Shown piece after piece: positions 12,967 through 24,799 of a stretch of DNA of 64,000 nucleotides. The notes below the pieces were generated by a model that ran no database searches, was not told the origin of the DNA, and was given only the letters and a program-made list of their open reading frames with translations. The position numbers were made by a program, and so were the translations under genes. Position 1 is the stretch's first letter. Every line of letters starts with the position of its first letter. The DNA comes from Octopus sinensis (lineage: Eukaryota): assembly GCF_006345805.1 (NCBI RefSeq), contig NC_043003.1:52390001-52454000 (forward strand), in the 5' to 3' direction.

Positions 12967-13382
12967 CTATTTCACTGGTAAGGTCAGAATAAGTCAAAAA
13001 CATTTCCAGCGTTGCTCCCCGTATTTGCCGGAATAGTTAGAATAATGTTACTTGTGGACTAATATAGTTTTTTTTTTCTCGCCACACAGCAATTTCTAGT
13101 AAACTTTTCAACGCTCGTTATGTTGGTTATGCTAACATTCAATTGATTCATACGGTAAAAGGAAAAATTTTCTAAATTTTTTGAATATCCACAGTAATTT
13201 TTCCTTTTTCCGAACGGGTTAATTGAATGTTAACATAATTGTTAAAAGTTAACTAGAAATTGCAGTGCGACGAGAAAAAAAAACAATATTAGTCAATAGC
13301 TAATATTATTTTAATTATTCCAGCAAACGGGGAGCAACGCTGGAAATGTTTCGAGCTTATTGTGATCTTACCAGCGAAATAG
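12967..13382. repeat. Foldback/MITE-like long imperfect inverted repeat (~200-bp arms)
   Basis: Left ctatttcactggtaaggtcagaataag...aaacatttccagcgttgctccccgt...aaaaggaaaaatt mirrors right aatttttccttttt...acggggagcaacgctggaaatgttt...cttaccagcgaaatag. Confidence 0.85.
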
Positions 13383-13512
13383 TTCCCCGTATTTGCCAAA
13401 GTATTGATGGAAGAATTACAGAGTAAACTTATAATATTATTTGGTGGTTGGCGTAGTAAATTTATATTTGTTTAGAAAATATCTCAAACTAGAAACAGTA
13501 AAATTCAAATAC

Positions 13513-14466
13513 TTACTCATTTCTTCTGTAGCAGTTGAACATGATTCCTAACTGTTGCCGAAAGTTAGTATCACAGTTGATGTAAATGCAAACATTAAGT
13601 GAAATTCCAGTCAGTTGGATCAAATAGCAGATGGTTTTTGCAAGGTCTAAACCAGCCAAGGCAGTGTCATCTGTTTTGTAAACAGAATCGACAATCATTT
13701 CAATACAGATTGGTAAGGTTGTTGCTAGGAACAACCAAGTGAGTTTCATGACAAGGCGTGTCATTCGGGCAGCTCGTTGAGTGATGTATGAATTGGCATT
13801 TCTTTGGCCCTCGGTGAGTGATCTACGAAAATTACTTTGCTTTTTCATAACTAACATGAAATATATGTTACCTACAAGCATGATGGTGAAGGGAATCAGG
13901 CACAAAAATGCCAAATCAATGAATACAAAAACAAAATCTTCGAAGTGTTCTATATCCGCATTTTTGGAAACACAATCATTGTTCTGTACTTCATTTGTGA
14001 AGAAGTAATGACAATCTACCAAAGCTAGGAAAATGAAGACACAGACTAGTACTGTAATTGATACTTTCGTAGTCCATAGTCGTTTAAAAGTGAAAGGTCT
14101 GTGAATAAGAAGACAACGTTGAATAGTCATAATGACAATAATCCAAGCTGAATATTGCATACTAACGTAAGTAATAAATAAATTGAACTGGCATCCGAAA
14201 CTAGAAAAGCTACGCATATTAACATTTACTACGTATTCAGTCCAGTATTTAGGAAGAACAGTACACAGTATAACCATGTCAGTTACTGCCAATACACTTC
14301 TGAAAATTATTGAAGAATTTACCCCCTCTTTGCGTTTGAACACTAAAATAGTAATAACAAGACAGTTTCCTGTAACTCCAACAAATAACAGGATCGGAGA
14401 GAAAAATCCCCACATGACTTTGGACGCAGTTTCTGATGAACTGTAATCTGCTGAACTATTATTCAT
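13513..14466 (-). CDS. Rhodopsin-like (class A) orphan GPCR, peptide-receptor-like, 317 aa, uninterrupted ORF
   Basis: Seven hydrophobic segments; TM1 GVTGN, TM2 LAVTD, TM3 Cys (GCQF) and QRC in place of DRY, ECL2 Cys (DCVS), TM5 LCLIPF, TM6 TTLP, TM7 SLNVCIY; N-glycosylation site in MNNSS; first ATG at 14466 (the track start at 14496 is TTG). Confidence 0.92.
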   Translation of the reverse strand: MNNSSADYSSSETASKVMWGFFSPILLFVGVTGNCLVITILVFKRKEGVNSSIIFRSVLAVTDMVILCTVLPKYWTEYVVNVNMRSFSSFGCQFNLFITYVSMQYSAWIIVIMTIQRCLLIHRPFTFKRLWTTKVSITVLVCVFIFLALVDCHYFFTNEVQNNDCVSKNADIEHFEDFVFVFIDLAFLCLIPFTIMLVGNIYFMLVMKKQSNFRRSLTEGQRNANSYITQRAARMTRLVMKLTWLFLATTLPICIEMIVDSVYKTDDTALAGLDLAKTICYLIQLTGISLNVCIYINCDTNFRQQLGIMFNCYRRNE

Positions 14467-14496
14467 TGTTGAGAAGTTTGGTAATCCGATAATCAA

Positions 14497-14530
14497 TCCT
14501 GGTTAAAATGTCCTGTGAAAAGAATATATT
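14497..14530 (-). promoter_or_regulatory. Candidate splice acceptor(s) upstream of the GPCR ATG
   Basis: Minus strand tattcttttcacAG|gac (AG at 14514-14513) and ttttaaccAG|gatt (14500-14499); in-frame TAA at 14505-14503. Confidence 0.45.
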
Positions 14531-15802
14531 ATATGGTTTGAAAGAAAGGCAAAAACACTAGTTGTACAACGTTTAATTGGTTAAACAATAAAGAATACAA
14601 TATATTATACATGTATTTACGTATACATACATACATACATACATACATACATACATACATACATACATACATTGCTTTCTTGTGAGGGTTTCGAACATAT
14701 ATGCCGTGAATATGAATGATATGAAAAAAAACTTTGGTCTGGTTACGACATTTTCAAAAGATACAAGAATGGAATTTGGCCAGGATAAATATATTCTTAA
14801 ATGGTTGTAAAACTAGAGAGAACTCCAAGCCCATTTAATAACATTTCTGTCAGTTTCTTCGATAATTGTTAAGATGAATTAAAATATAGTTCAGATGAAT
14901 GGAAGATGAATGAAAATATCGCCTATGATATTTAACAAGGAATTTGGTTTTTAAGAAACTCACAATATGTTTGCTGTAGCAGAACGCATACCACCATTTG
15001 GGCTTATTAAACTGAATGCCTGATAAGATCCAGGATATTGATGAAAACTGATAACTCATCCCAAATATTTCAACACCAACACTGATATAGACTACTTCGG
15101 AAAATTATTTCAAGGTAGTAAAAGCTTAACATCGATTCAAACAGTTCTTGAATGTCACATTGTATCCTTTCGACATCTACTAACCATCAAGTGTCAAAGT
15201 TCTGCCATTGACCACATCTGCATACATGAGGCAGATAACATCATGGGAGCTGGACAAGAGAAAGTATTCCCTGAGTGATGTCCCGGGTCATACACCTAGA
15301 AAAGTTGCACAACCCTATTGCAACAGGTCACCAGAAGAGAAGATGTGTATAGATCACCAAAATGTCACGCAGAGCTATATTGAGAGTGACAACAACATTG
15401 ATAACAGAGCAGTTTATTTCGGACTAGTAACTGGAATATTAACTTTCACTTTGAAGGATAAGTTTTTACATTATAGGAGTAAGAAATAACAACAACACAG
15501 AAAAAAAAATTGATGCACAATGGAGACAAGAGAGCAATAGAGATAGGAGAGCGCAATAAAGAAAAGAGAGCACAATAGAACTAAGAGAGCAGTTACAACA
15601 ATAAATGCAGACTGTGGAATTAACATCGAAGAAATCACCACATCATAAGTAATCGTCTGAAAATGTCATCGCAATACTTCCTACATATGAAGAGTGATGT
15701 AAATTGAACATTATACAAAACAGTTCATAGGAACGATAATCCTGAGATATAAATATCGGAAGCTATAGTGAAGTGAAGGGCATAATAATACATAATACAT
15801 AA

Positions 15803-15960
15803 GATAGTGAAGATGCCGACGACCGCTCGGTTCAAAGTCTCTCTTGACCAGAAATAGCCTGAACTCTTTGCATGAACACCGTCCCTGTACATAACTCCAT
15901 GTCCCTATACATGGCCTTGCTTTTTGCTTTTTGAGCCCAAAAAATTAACTTAACTTAACA
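15803..15960 (+). mobile_element. CR1-like LINE 3' terminal fragment
   Basis: Homologous to 16752-16905 (gtgaagatgccgacgaccgct...gcctgaactcttt...catggccttgct...aattaact tail). Confidence 0.8.
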
Positions 15961-16016
15961 TAATAGACAGAATACTAATGGCATGTTTCTGCCCAGGCTT
16001 CAATATCATGTAATCA

Positions 16017-17379
16017 TGTAATGAACAGCTTCCTAGATTCGAAAGTCAGGATTCGAAACCAAATCTACATTTTTCTACCAGTTCCATTCCTATTGTCTCG
16101 GCTTTTGCACTTTGATATTTATGAGAGTCAACAGTCAGACTTAGGTACTAGCGTTTAAGTGAACAATCTTGGGTTAAATACAGTTCGAGAGGGATAAACT
16201 CATTACTTTCCAATTGTTCTCAGCTTTTTCACTTCAAAATTCATGAGAGCCAACTAAATGTGACAGTTGACTCGCATAAATATCGAAGTGAAAAAGCCGA
16301 GAACAATTACATCCAGTTTTCAAACATAAATACAGTAACCAAATTCAGTCCTTCCTTCTTTCTTTCTATGCCGACGAGGATGCACCTTATTCGAGAAACT
16401 CCACTCCCTCTTCTCCTTATCTCCTCAAAGACATACAGCATCTCGAAAGAGTCCAGAAGCTGGCTACCCGCATGGTTCATGGTCTCAAAAATTTGTCCTA
16501 TGAAGAAAGGCTGAGGACGCTCGACCTTTATTCTCTTGAAAAACGCCGCCGCCGTGGTGATCTCATTCTCGCCCACAACATCATAAGCGGAAAGTGTAAC
16601 ATCTCGAAGGAGCTGTTCTTCACTCCTGCTCCAGAGCGTCGGCTGCGGGGTCATTCCGAAAAGCTCTACCTGCGACGATTTCATCTCAATCGAAGGAGAG
16701 GAGCTTTCTCCGTCCGGGTTGCGGATCCGTGGAACAAGCTGCCAGACGAGATGGTGAAGATGCCGACGACCGCTTTGTTCAAAGCCTCCCTTGACCTCAA
16801 GTGGCCTGAACTCTTTACATGAACACCACTGTACTTAACTTCATGTCCCCCTACATGGCCTTGCTATTTGCTTTTGAGCCAAATTAACTAACTAACTAAC
16901 TAACTAACTACTTGTCTACACTTACTCTTTTTCTTTTTCCCTTTTCCTCCTGTTATCTGGCAGTCAACAAAAAATGAAGCTACGTACCTACAGGATGGCA
17001 AATTATTTGTATCTTACATTGGAACAATGAAAATAAAAAGGGCCATTTCAATTAACAATATATTTCTTCTCATTTTAATTGCTGTATATCATCGTTTCTG
17101 GGCTGTCAAGTAGACAGGGTGAAAGTTGTACGGTCGCTCGATGACAATCCATAAATGAAGAGAGCGAAACAGATGCTCTTCGGTTAGGCGCCAAGTCTCT
17201 CACGACCTAATACCGATATAACCGAAAGAAATTAACTTAAACAATATAACCTACGTGTGACATTTGGCTCTCATGAATTTCGAAGTACAAAAAGCCGGGA
17301 ACAACAAGAAAGGAACTGGTAGAAAAATGTAGATTCCGTTTCGAATCCTGGCTAAGAATTTAGGAAACTATTCATTACA
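16017..17379. mobile_element. Element with ~120-bp terminal inverted arms and repeated ~45-bp subterminal units (MITE/foldback-like), interrupted by a CR1-like insert
   Basis: 16017-16135 is the reverse complement of about 17262-17379; internal hairpin at 16212-16308 is built from the same unit. Confidence 0.55.
16410..16911 (+). mobile_element. CR1-like LINE 3' end with open ORF2 C-terminus and (CTAA)n tail
   Basis: PYLLKDIQHLERVQKLATRMVHGLKNLSYEERLRTLDLYSLEKRRRRGDLI...FSVRVADPWNKLP; tail ttaactaactaactaac. Confidence 0.9.
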
Positions 17380-18632
17380 ACTATAACAGACCATACATAA
17401 CGATCTAGGGGAAAAGAAATTAGGTACAGTTGCTCAGCTGATGTTAATAATTACAGGAAACGAGAACATCTACACTGAACTAATGAGAAATCTGCAGTTA
17501 TTCCACCTGGTTTATAACAGTCAGTATCTACTAGTAATTATTGGAGCACTTGAATAGGTAACTAATTACCCCAGTATAAATCTAGATTTCACAAAATCGG
17601 AAAAAAAACTAGATTTCACAAAATCGGAAAGAATACGTTGAATCAAGCGATTACAACTGCAAACTATCCGTCACTCCCAAAATATGTAAAACAAGATGTT
17701 TAGCATGTATTATGATCCACATTTGCAATGACACCCATGTCTATTCCTACTTATGCATGTATGTACACGCAGATGTACATGTGTGCATGTATACATACAT
17801 GCTTGTATACCTACCTACCTACCTATCTACCTACCTACCTACCTTATTTCATTTTATTAAATTTGTCATAAAGACAGTACATAGATTAGGTAGCTTGCGG
17901 GCTGGACAATACATTAATGAAATGAATGATAATGATGCAAGGATGATAAGGATGGGAGAAGACAGAAAGCGCCCGCCGGCCCTCTGCTTCTCTATAACAT
18001 TGTTCTTTAATAAATCATAACATAAAGCAATGAACCTCTTACAAAAATGACTACAATTTTAATGTAAAATTTACATATTTCGGCACTAAGCCTATTCTGT
18101 CCCTCGGAAAGGAGCCCACCTACCTACTTACCTCCATCCATATATACAAAGCTGCAGCTGATGCGTAAATTATAATTAAAGAGTCGTGTTTACTTGTTTA
18201 TAGGCTACAGATTGGCTCTTTCTTCATTGGTGGGAAATTTGAAAGCTAAAACCGAGAAAATGAATGTACATACATGCGTATACACATACACACGTGTTCA
18301 GATAGCTGCCTACATGTAAGCATGTTTGAGTGCGTTCATACATACATACATACGTACATACATACATACATACATACATACATACATACATACATACATA
18401 CATACATACATACATACACAGAAACACGCACACGCAAATTCACACACACATATATATATATGTATACAGAGAGAGAGAGAGAATAAGAATGAGAGAGTGT
18501 GAGAGAGAGAGAAGGAGAGAGGGAAGGAAAGAGAAAGAAAAGAGAGAGAGAGAGAGAGAGATAGAGAGAAATTGTGTCGTTGGAATTCGGTATTTTTTTG
18601 TTCGACAGCATCCAAGAATAGAAAGAAAATAT

Positions 18633-18789
18633 TTAATTCCTTAGCATTCAAATTATTTTGTCAAATGTAAAGCTTTGATTTTAATTAATCATGCATTGTC
18701 TCATAGGCTCTGAGATTTCGATGATGCGATTGTTTACTATTAGAATGACATTCTAGGATAAGTGTGAGAGGTTGTATCTCACCAGTTTG

Positions 18790-18847
<58 letters not shown>

Positions 18848-18876
18848 ATCACACACACACACACACACACGCACAC

Positions 18877-18942
<66 letters not shown>

Positions 18943-19001
18943 CACAAACACAGGTATACTATTTGGGCCAGGTATGGCCGGTTTAAATGCTGAAGGGTTA
19001 A
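18633..19001. mobile_element. piggyBac-like MITE with internal (CA)n expansion
   Basis: TTAA at both ends; termini ttaattccttagcattc and aatgctgaagggttaa are imperfect inverted repeats; (CA)n at 18792-18945. Confidence 0.55.
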
Positions 19002-20568
19002 GGTATGTTAGCGAACTCAGGGAAAATATTCCGAGTAGATCACTTTGTGAGGAAGTAAAAGGTACATAAGAGTACCTCGATTTTATCTGTTTGGTTGTCT
19101 TCTATTTTCACAGTGTGATGCCCTAACCATCAACATAATCAAGTCCGACAGATGATACTCCCCTAAGTTACTCCGATCCGGCACGGCAACAGGTATTGAC
19201 ACTGTATCTGTTAATCTAGAGTGCAGTGTGGTTCGTGTCATATTCTTTTGAGCCCTAAGTATATCTGTCCCAAATTCTGGGAAACATGAAACCCAAGAAG
19301 AGTGGTATCTCGGATCCCGCATACCATTGACCTATCATTTCTAATATAGCAAATGTTTTTTAAATGATAATAAACGAAGAAAATGAATAAATGTATATGT
19401 GAATTAAGAGTAACATGTTAGAACTCTCAACTCTAACGTTTCTTAAATGAATGTAATCAACATCATCTCTAAGAATTACATCGAAATTTTGTTCACCAAA
19501 CGCGAATAAATTTAATGAATAAAGTGTTGGATTATGAATGAATGAATGGATGGATGAATGAATGAAATAATGAATAAGTAATATCAACTCTAGTTTAATA
19601 AAAAATTAACTAATACTAAACGTCGTTAAAAAAATTGAAATCAGAGAACTTATGACTAATGAATGTGACCCACACAACGAAGACATGTGACACAAATAAG
19701 AAACAACAGATCAAGAAACGGACTGCAAATCAGAAAAATATAACTTAGAAATAATATATAAAAATGTAAATCACTACTACTTACATTAATTTGTCAACAA
19801 AACATGGGTAAAGTTTCCGAAAGCCGGTCCGTCTTTCTTTGACATTTTCTCTGAATCACTCTGATGTGCTCGCGTTTCCTTCCAAATATATTATGTCGCT
19901 TCAACAATAAGCCGGATACGCAGAGGTGTCTTTACGTCACATTGTCATACAATAAAGTTAACGCCAGTTTAAGCTGATAATAATTGGACAAAAATGGGAA
20001 ATGAGAGTTGCTACGTAATCCAAGCTTCATGATAATACCGAACAATTATCATTATTCTATTTTAAAAAAAATTACAAAATAAGTTGTTTCACAGCTTAAA
20101 TAACATCGACGTCGATTTTGTTTCCGGCCTTCAGAGTTGATAAAACATGTACTTGTAATATGTTTCCCCTCTAACAAGAGTTATTTGTTAACATCGAATA
20201 AAGAGAAAAGAAATGTTGTTAGACGGAAAGTATTCATAATCCGTATGGAAAGCGAGGTAAATATTTCCTGAAAGAAGTTGGGAAATATCTAAAATAAAAT
20301 AGACAGACACCCACAAAATTTATTAATCACGTACACAGCTACCCTCTTCGAATGATAAGAGAACGTTTGTATTAAAAGAGCCAATCATAACGAACTGTTT
20401 GCCATGGCAATGTTGACTGATAACGTTTAACAAGTTACACTATGTTTTTGTTTCATATACGTGTATGTGTACATATACATACATGCCATGCATACAAACA
20501 TACATATATACATACAAGCATACATACAAACATACATACATACATACATACATGCATACATACATACA

Positions 20569-20599
<31 letters not shown>

Positions 20600-20774
20600 G
20601 GACAGATAGACAGACATATACATATGTGAGTGTATGCACACATACATACATACACACACGCACGCACACACATACACACACGCATGCAAACACACACACA
20701 CATACACACACGCACGCACACGCACACACACACACACAAATTTACACGTGCTTGTGTATACATATACAAATAGA

Positions 20775-21135
20775 TCAAGCGTGGATGAGTGGCAAGACGT
20801 TTACTTCGTAACCACGCAGTTCTCAGTTCAGTCCCACTGCATGGCACCTTGGGCAAGTGTCTTCTACTATAACCACGGGCCGACCTAAACCTTGGTGAAC
20901 GAAAGCTTGTATATATCTATGTGCGTGTGTGCTTTTCTATTTGTGTTTCTACCCCACCACTACTGGACAACCGTTGTTGATTTGTTTACGTTCTCATAAC
21001 TTAGCAGATCAACAAAAGAGATTGACAGAATATGAAGCACGTTTAAAGAAAAATAAGTAATGGGGTCTGTTTGTTTGACTAAACTCTTCAAAGCTGTGCT
21101 CCAGCATGGCCGAAGTCCAGTTACAGAAACAAGAG
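20775..21135 (+). mobile_element. Family-C SINE, degenerate
   Basis: ggcaccttgggcaagtgtcttctactata...gctccagcatggccg. Confidence 0.7.
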
Positions 21136-21165
21136 ATATAAATTAAAAGTTAAAGCGAAACCCAG

Positions 21166-21198
21166 GTGCACGCACACACACACACATACTCGCACTCA

Positions 21199-21258
<60 letters not shown>

Positions 21259-21277
21259 CTATCTATCTATCTATCTA

Positions 21278-21345
<68 letters not shown>

Positions 21346-21355
21346 TCTATCTATC

Positions 21356-21415
<60 letters not shown>

Positions 21416-21435
21416 CTCTCTCTCTCTATATATAT
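21166..21435. repeat. (CA)n, (TCTA)n and (TCTG)n compound microsatellite
   Basis: Direct reading. Confidence 0.95.
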
Positions 21436-21578
21436 ATGTTGAGGTTATAAGAGGTAATGGTGTCATTGAGACCCAAAGGTGTTATGTAATGCTGAATAAG
21501 TGCTATAGACAGACCATAGTTAAGTTCCAGGTGATTTTGCGAATAAGGGGTTCAACGTTGGTCATATGTCAGCGTGTG

Positions 21579-22189
21579 TATATAAGAATTTTTTGTGTAA
21601 TGAGATAAAAAACCAAGGCTGTGTAGATATTAGAATATCTATAGATAGAAGATCTTACGGCTGTTTCCAGGATATTTATTAATTATATCCCTTCATCAGA
21701 GACGGTGTGAGAGGATGGTTAAGTAATAATTAATTTGGATAGGATACAAGAGAGTGAGGTGGAGGAAAGAAAATAGATGTGAGATATGTAGGGATATTGA
21801 ATTTGTAGATCCATTTTTTTAGGCAGAATGGTATATATGTAAGATTCCAATACCTTATTTTAAAAATCCAATAGTATTTAAAATTGTTCATTCCAACAAT
21901 TTTAATACTGTTGGATTTTTCTCATAAGGTATTGGAGTCTTACTTTCTGCCTAAAAAATGGATCTAAAAATTCAATATCCCTACATATCTCATCAATTTT
22001 CTTTCCTCCACCTCACTCTCTATTTTGCATCCTATCCAAATTAATTATTACTTAACCATCCTCTCACACCGTCTCTGATGAAGGGATATAATTAATAAAT
22101 ATCCTGGAAACAGCTGTAAGACTTTCTATCTGTAAATGTTCTAATATCTACACAGCCTTGGTTTTTTATCTCATTACGCAAAAAATTCT

Positions 22190-22195
<6 letters not shown>
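21579..22195. mobile_element. Inverted pair of Penelope-like pseudo-LTR ends (~305-bp arms, 6-nt loop)
   Basis: 21579-21888 is the reverse complement of 21895-22195; arms contain a decayed ORF end (HKVLESYF...) and a hammerhead-like motif. Confidence 0.75.
22071..22122 (+). ncRNA. Minimal type-I hammerhead ribozyme-like motif (mirror copy on minus strand at 21652-21703)
   Basis: GTCT-CTGATGA-A-GGGATAT(aattaataa)ATATCCT-G-GAAA-CAGCTG-TA-AGAC: helix I gtct/agac, helix II, palindromic helix III; one extra G before GAAA. Confidence 0.65.
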
Positions 22196-22261
<66 letters not shown>

Positions 22262-22269
22262 TATATAGT

Positions 22270-23647
22270 TAATCCAAACAAGAAAGCACAAAAAAACACA
22301 ACACGAGGACGTGGAACAAATATAGTATTATTGGACGCTCAGGAAAGAAGGAAAGAAGGAGGGTTTAACGTTTCGAGCAGAGCTCTTCGTCGGAAACATA
22401 GGAGAAGGAAAAATCCAGAGAAGGGAAGACAGAGGAAAAAAATTGCCAACGGTACACACGCGGTCACATAATCCGAAATGTATAGTCGAGCAAGGAATAC
22501 AGTATAATTATAATACCTTATGCTCATCAGAGTTAGCCGATATGGGAGGAGAATATGACAACTCCTCTCTATTGTTGGAGGTGGATTAACACGACCGCTA
22601 TGAAAAAGGTGGTGGAACGAAAAAGGGCCAGAGGATTAGGTTAGGAGTTATGCTCATTGGTTGGGTATGCTGCAAGGTCGGTAAGAGGTATCTTGAAATG
22701 TTTGTAGGGAAGCATCATTATGTGTGGTGCCCCCATGGGGATAGGGTGTGTGATATGTGTAGTGTGACGCATGCATAATTTTTTCCGGGGGTGTAGATAT
22801 ATATAGCTGTGTTCGTTGGTCTGTTTTCTTTCTGTAATGGTTAAGGTCCTGGGGTTTTTTATGTTAGTGTGCGGTGTACAATGTGTCTGTGTGTGTGTGT
22901 GTGGAGGAGTCTGTATATGTGCGGGAGTACAATGTATGTGAAGGGGTGTATGTTAGGAATGAGGCAGTCTATCTTGTGGGGTGTTCGCCTTATAGGGGTG
23001 TGCGTGTATGTACATGGGTGCATTGGTGAGTGTTTTGATGAAACTTTTGCCGGGCCCGAAGGTATTGGTGGAAAGTTGAGGCAGGGGGCCTGTGGTTGCA
23101 GTTATGGTGGGGCGCACAAGTACGATAGGATTTATTTGTTTTCATATGGGCAAGGATTAAACATCTCACTTCTGCTATTCAGGTAAACACCCGGGGATTG
23201 GGTACTTTTTAACATTGCTCTCTTCTCAGCCAAGCATAACCTGCACTTCCTGCTGCTATTTAAGCATCGTTTGCATTTCTCCAGGATCTTCCACTTTATG
23301 CTGTATTTTGTGGCGCTTTCTTTCAAAGACCACACTTGCTTGGTTAGGGTTGTGATGCTGCGTCTCTCCGGGATGATGAAGAAGGACTTGTTGTTAAAGC
23401 GGGTTCTGAAGGGATCTTTTATTACCCTCACATACTTCCACACGCTCGGTTGTCCATTGGATCCTTTAGCTGTTACCTTTGCCTCGTATACAACTGTTTC
23501 CGTGTTGCAATGGTCGTTCAGCGGACAAGTTGTGTTGCCTCTACATTGGCATCTAACTTCTGCCACGGGTGTAGACCTACTCATACCCGTTTCTCTGTCA
23601 CTTTGATGACATGCATTGATGTTTTTCAATATTATACATACATACAT
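22270..23647 (-). mobile_element. Penelope-like element relic: GIY-YIG endonuclease region, 3' region and hammerhead-bearing end
   Basis: 23647-23132 reads CQCRGNTTCPLNDHCNTETVVYEAKV...KYV...FRTRFNN...YSIKWKILEKC...KCRLCLAEK...LNSRSEM, the typical PLE GIY-YIG pattern; linkage to the 22270-22470 end is inferred from orientation. Confidence 0.75.
22363..22397 (-). ncRNA. Minimal type-I hammerhead-like motif (U4C variant)
   Basis: Minus strand GTTT-CCGACGA-A-GAGC(tct)GCTC-GAAA-CG-TT-AAAC; all three helices pair, palindromic ACGT helix III. Confidence 0.6.
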
Positions 23648-23716
23648 ACATCATACATACATACATACATATACAAACACACATATAAATACATATTGAA
23701 AGTAATAGAAATGAAA

Positions 23717-23755
<39 letters not shown>

Positions 23756-23879
23756 TATATAATAGACCTTTATATAAATAAATAACGTGAAATACACGAA
23801 GAGACGAACAAAAAGACAAACAGGTCATTCAAGCCTTCATATATATATATATATATATGTATTATTTACACTCTAACTC

Positions 23880-24051
23880 TTTTACTCATTTACTTGTTTC
23901 AGTCATTTGACTGCGGCCATGCTGGAGCACCGCCTTTTGTCGACCCGAAGCTGTAGTAGAAGACACTTGCTCAAAGTGCCACGTAGTTGGACTGAACCCG
24001 GAACCATGTGGTTGGTAAGCAACCTACTTACCACTGAGCCACTCCTGCGCC

Positions 24052-24052
<1 letters not shown>
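23880..24052 (-). mobile_element. Family-C SINE with internal deletion (head fused to 3' tail)
   Basis: Tail tttacttgtttcagtcatttgactgcggccatgctggagcaccgcc directly joined to tagtagaagacacttgc...cactcctgcgcc. Confidence 0.75.
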
Positions 24053-24054
<2 letters not shown>

Positions 24055-24134
<80 letters not shown>

Positions 24135-24172
24135 TATATATATATATTATATATATATATATTATATATATA

Positions 24173-24233
<61 letters not shown>

Positions 24234-24248
24234 ATATATATATATATA

Positions 24249-24307
<59 letters not shown>

Positions 24308-24308
24308 A

Positions 24309-24362
<54 letters not shown>

Positions 24363-24420
24363 TAATATATATATAATATATATAAACACACACACACACA
24401 CACACACATATATGTATATA
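24055..24420. repeat. Long interrupted (TA)n tract
   Basis: Direct reading. Confidence 0.95.
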
Positions 24421-24711
24421 TATGTATTTACATATATTTGCGCTGAATCTCGACAAAGCTATAAATAATAACATGTAAATATTAGGACCAAAAACCCTTT
24501 TGGACAGAAAAGCATTTTGTGCTTTCGGGATCCATTTTTCCCAAAAAAGAATTATTTCGAGTTCTCCCGAAAGTTTATGGAATTCTTATGATTAACATTA
24601 TATTTGTGTGTGTGTGCATGTGTGTTTGAGTGTGTGTGTATGTGCGTGTGTGTGTGAGTGAGTGTATATGTATGTGCGTGTATGTAAATAAGTGAGTTTG
24701 TGTGTATATGC

Positions 24712-24799
<88 letters not shown>

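Noticed and set aside
15208-15489. ORF with KMCIDHQN resembling Gypsy RT (RMCIDYR)
   Set aside because: Single weak motif with no supporting RT motifs nearby
22485-22535. CTGATGAG on the minus strand with a gcataagg/ccttgc stem
   Set aside because: No GAAA box or helix III follows; at best a badly decayed hammerhead
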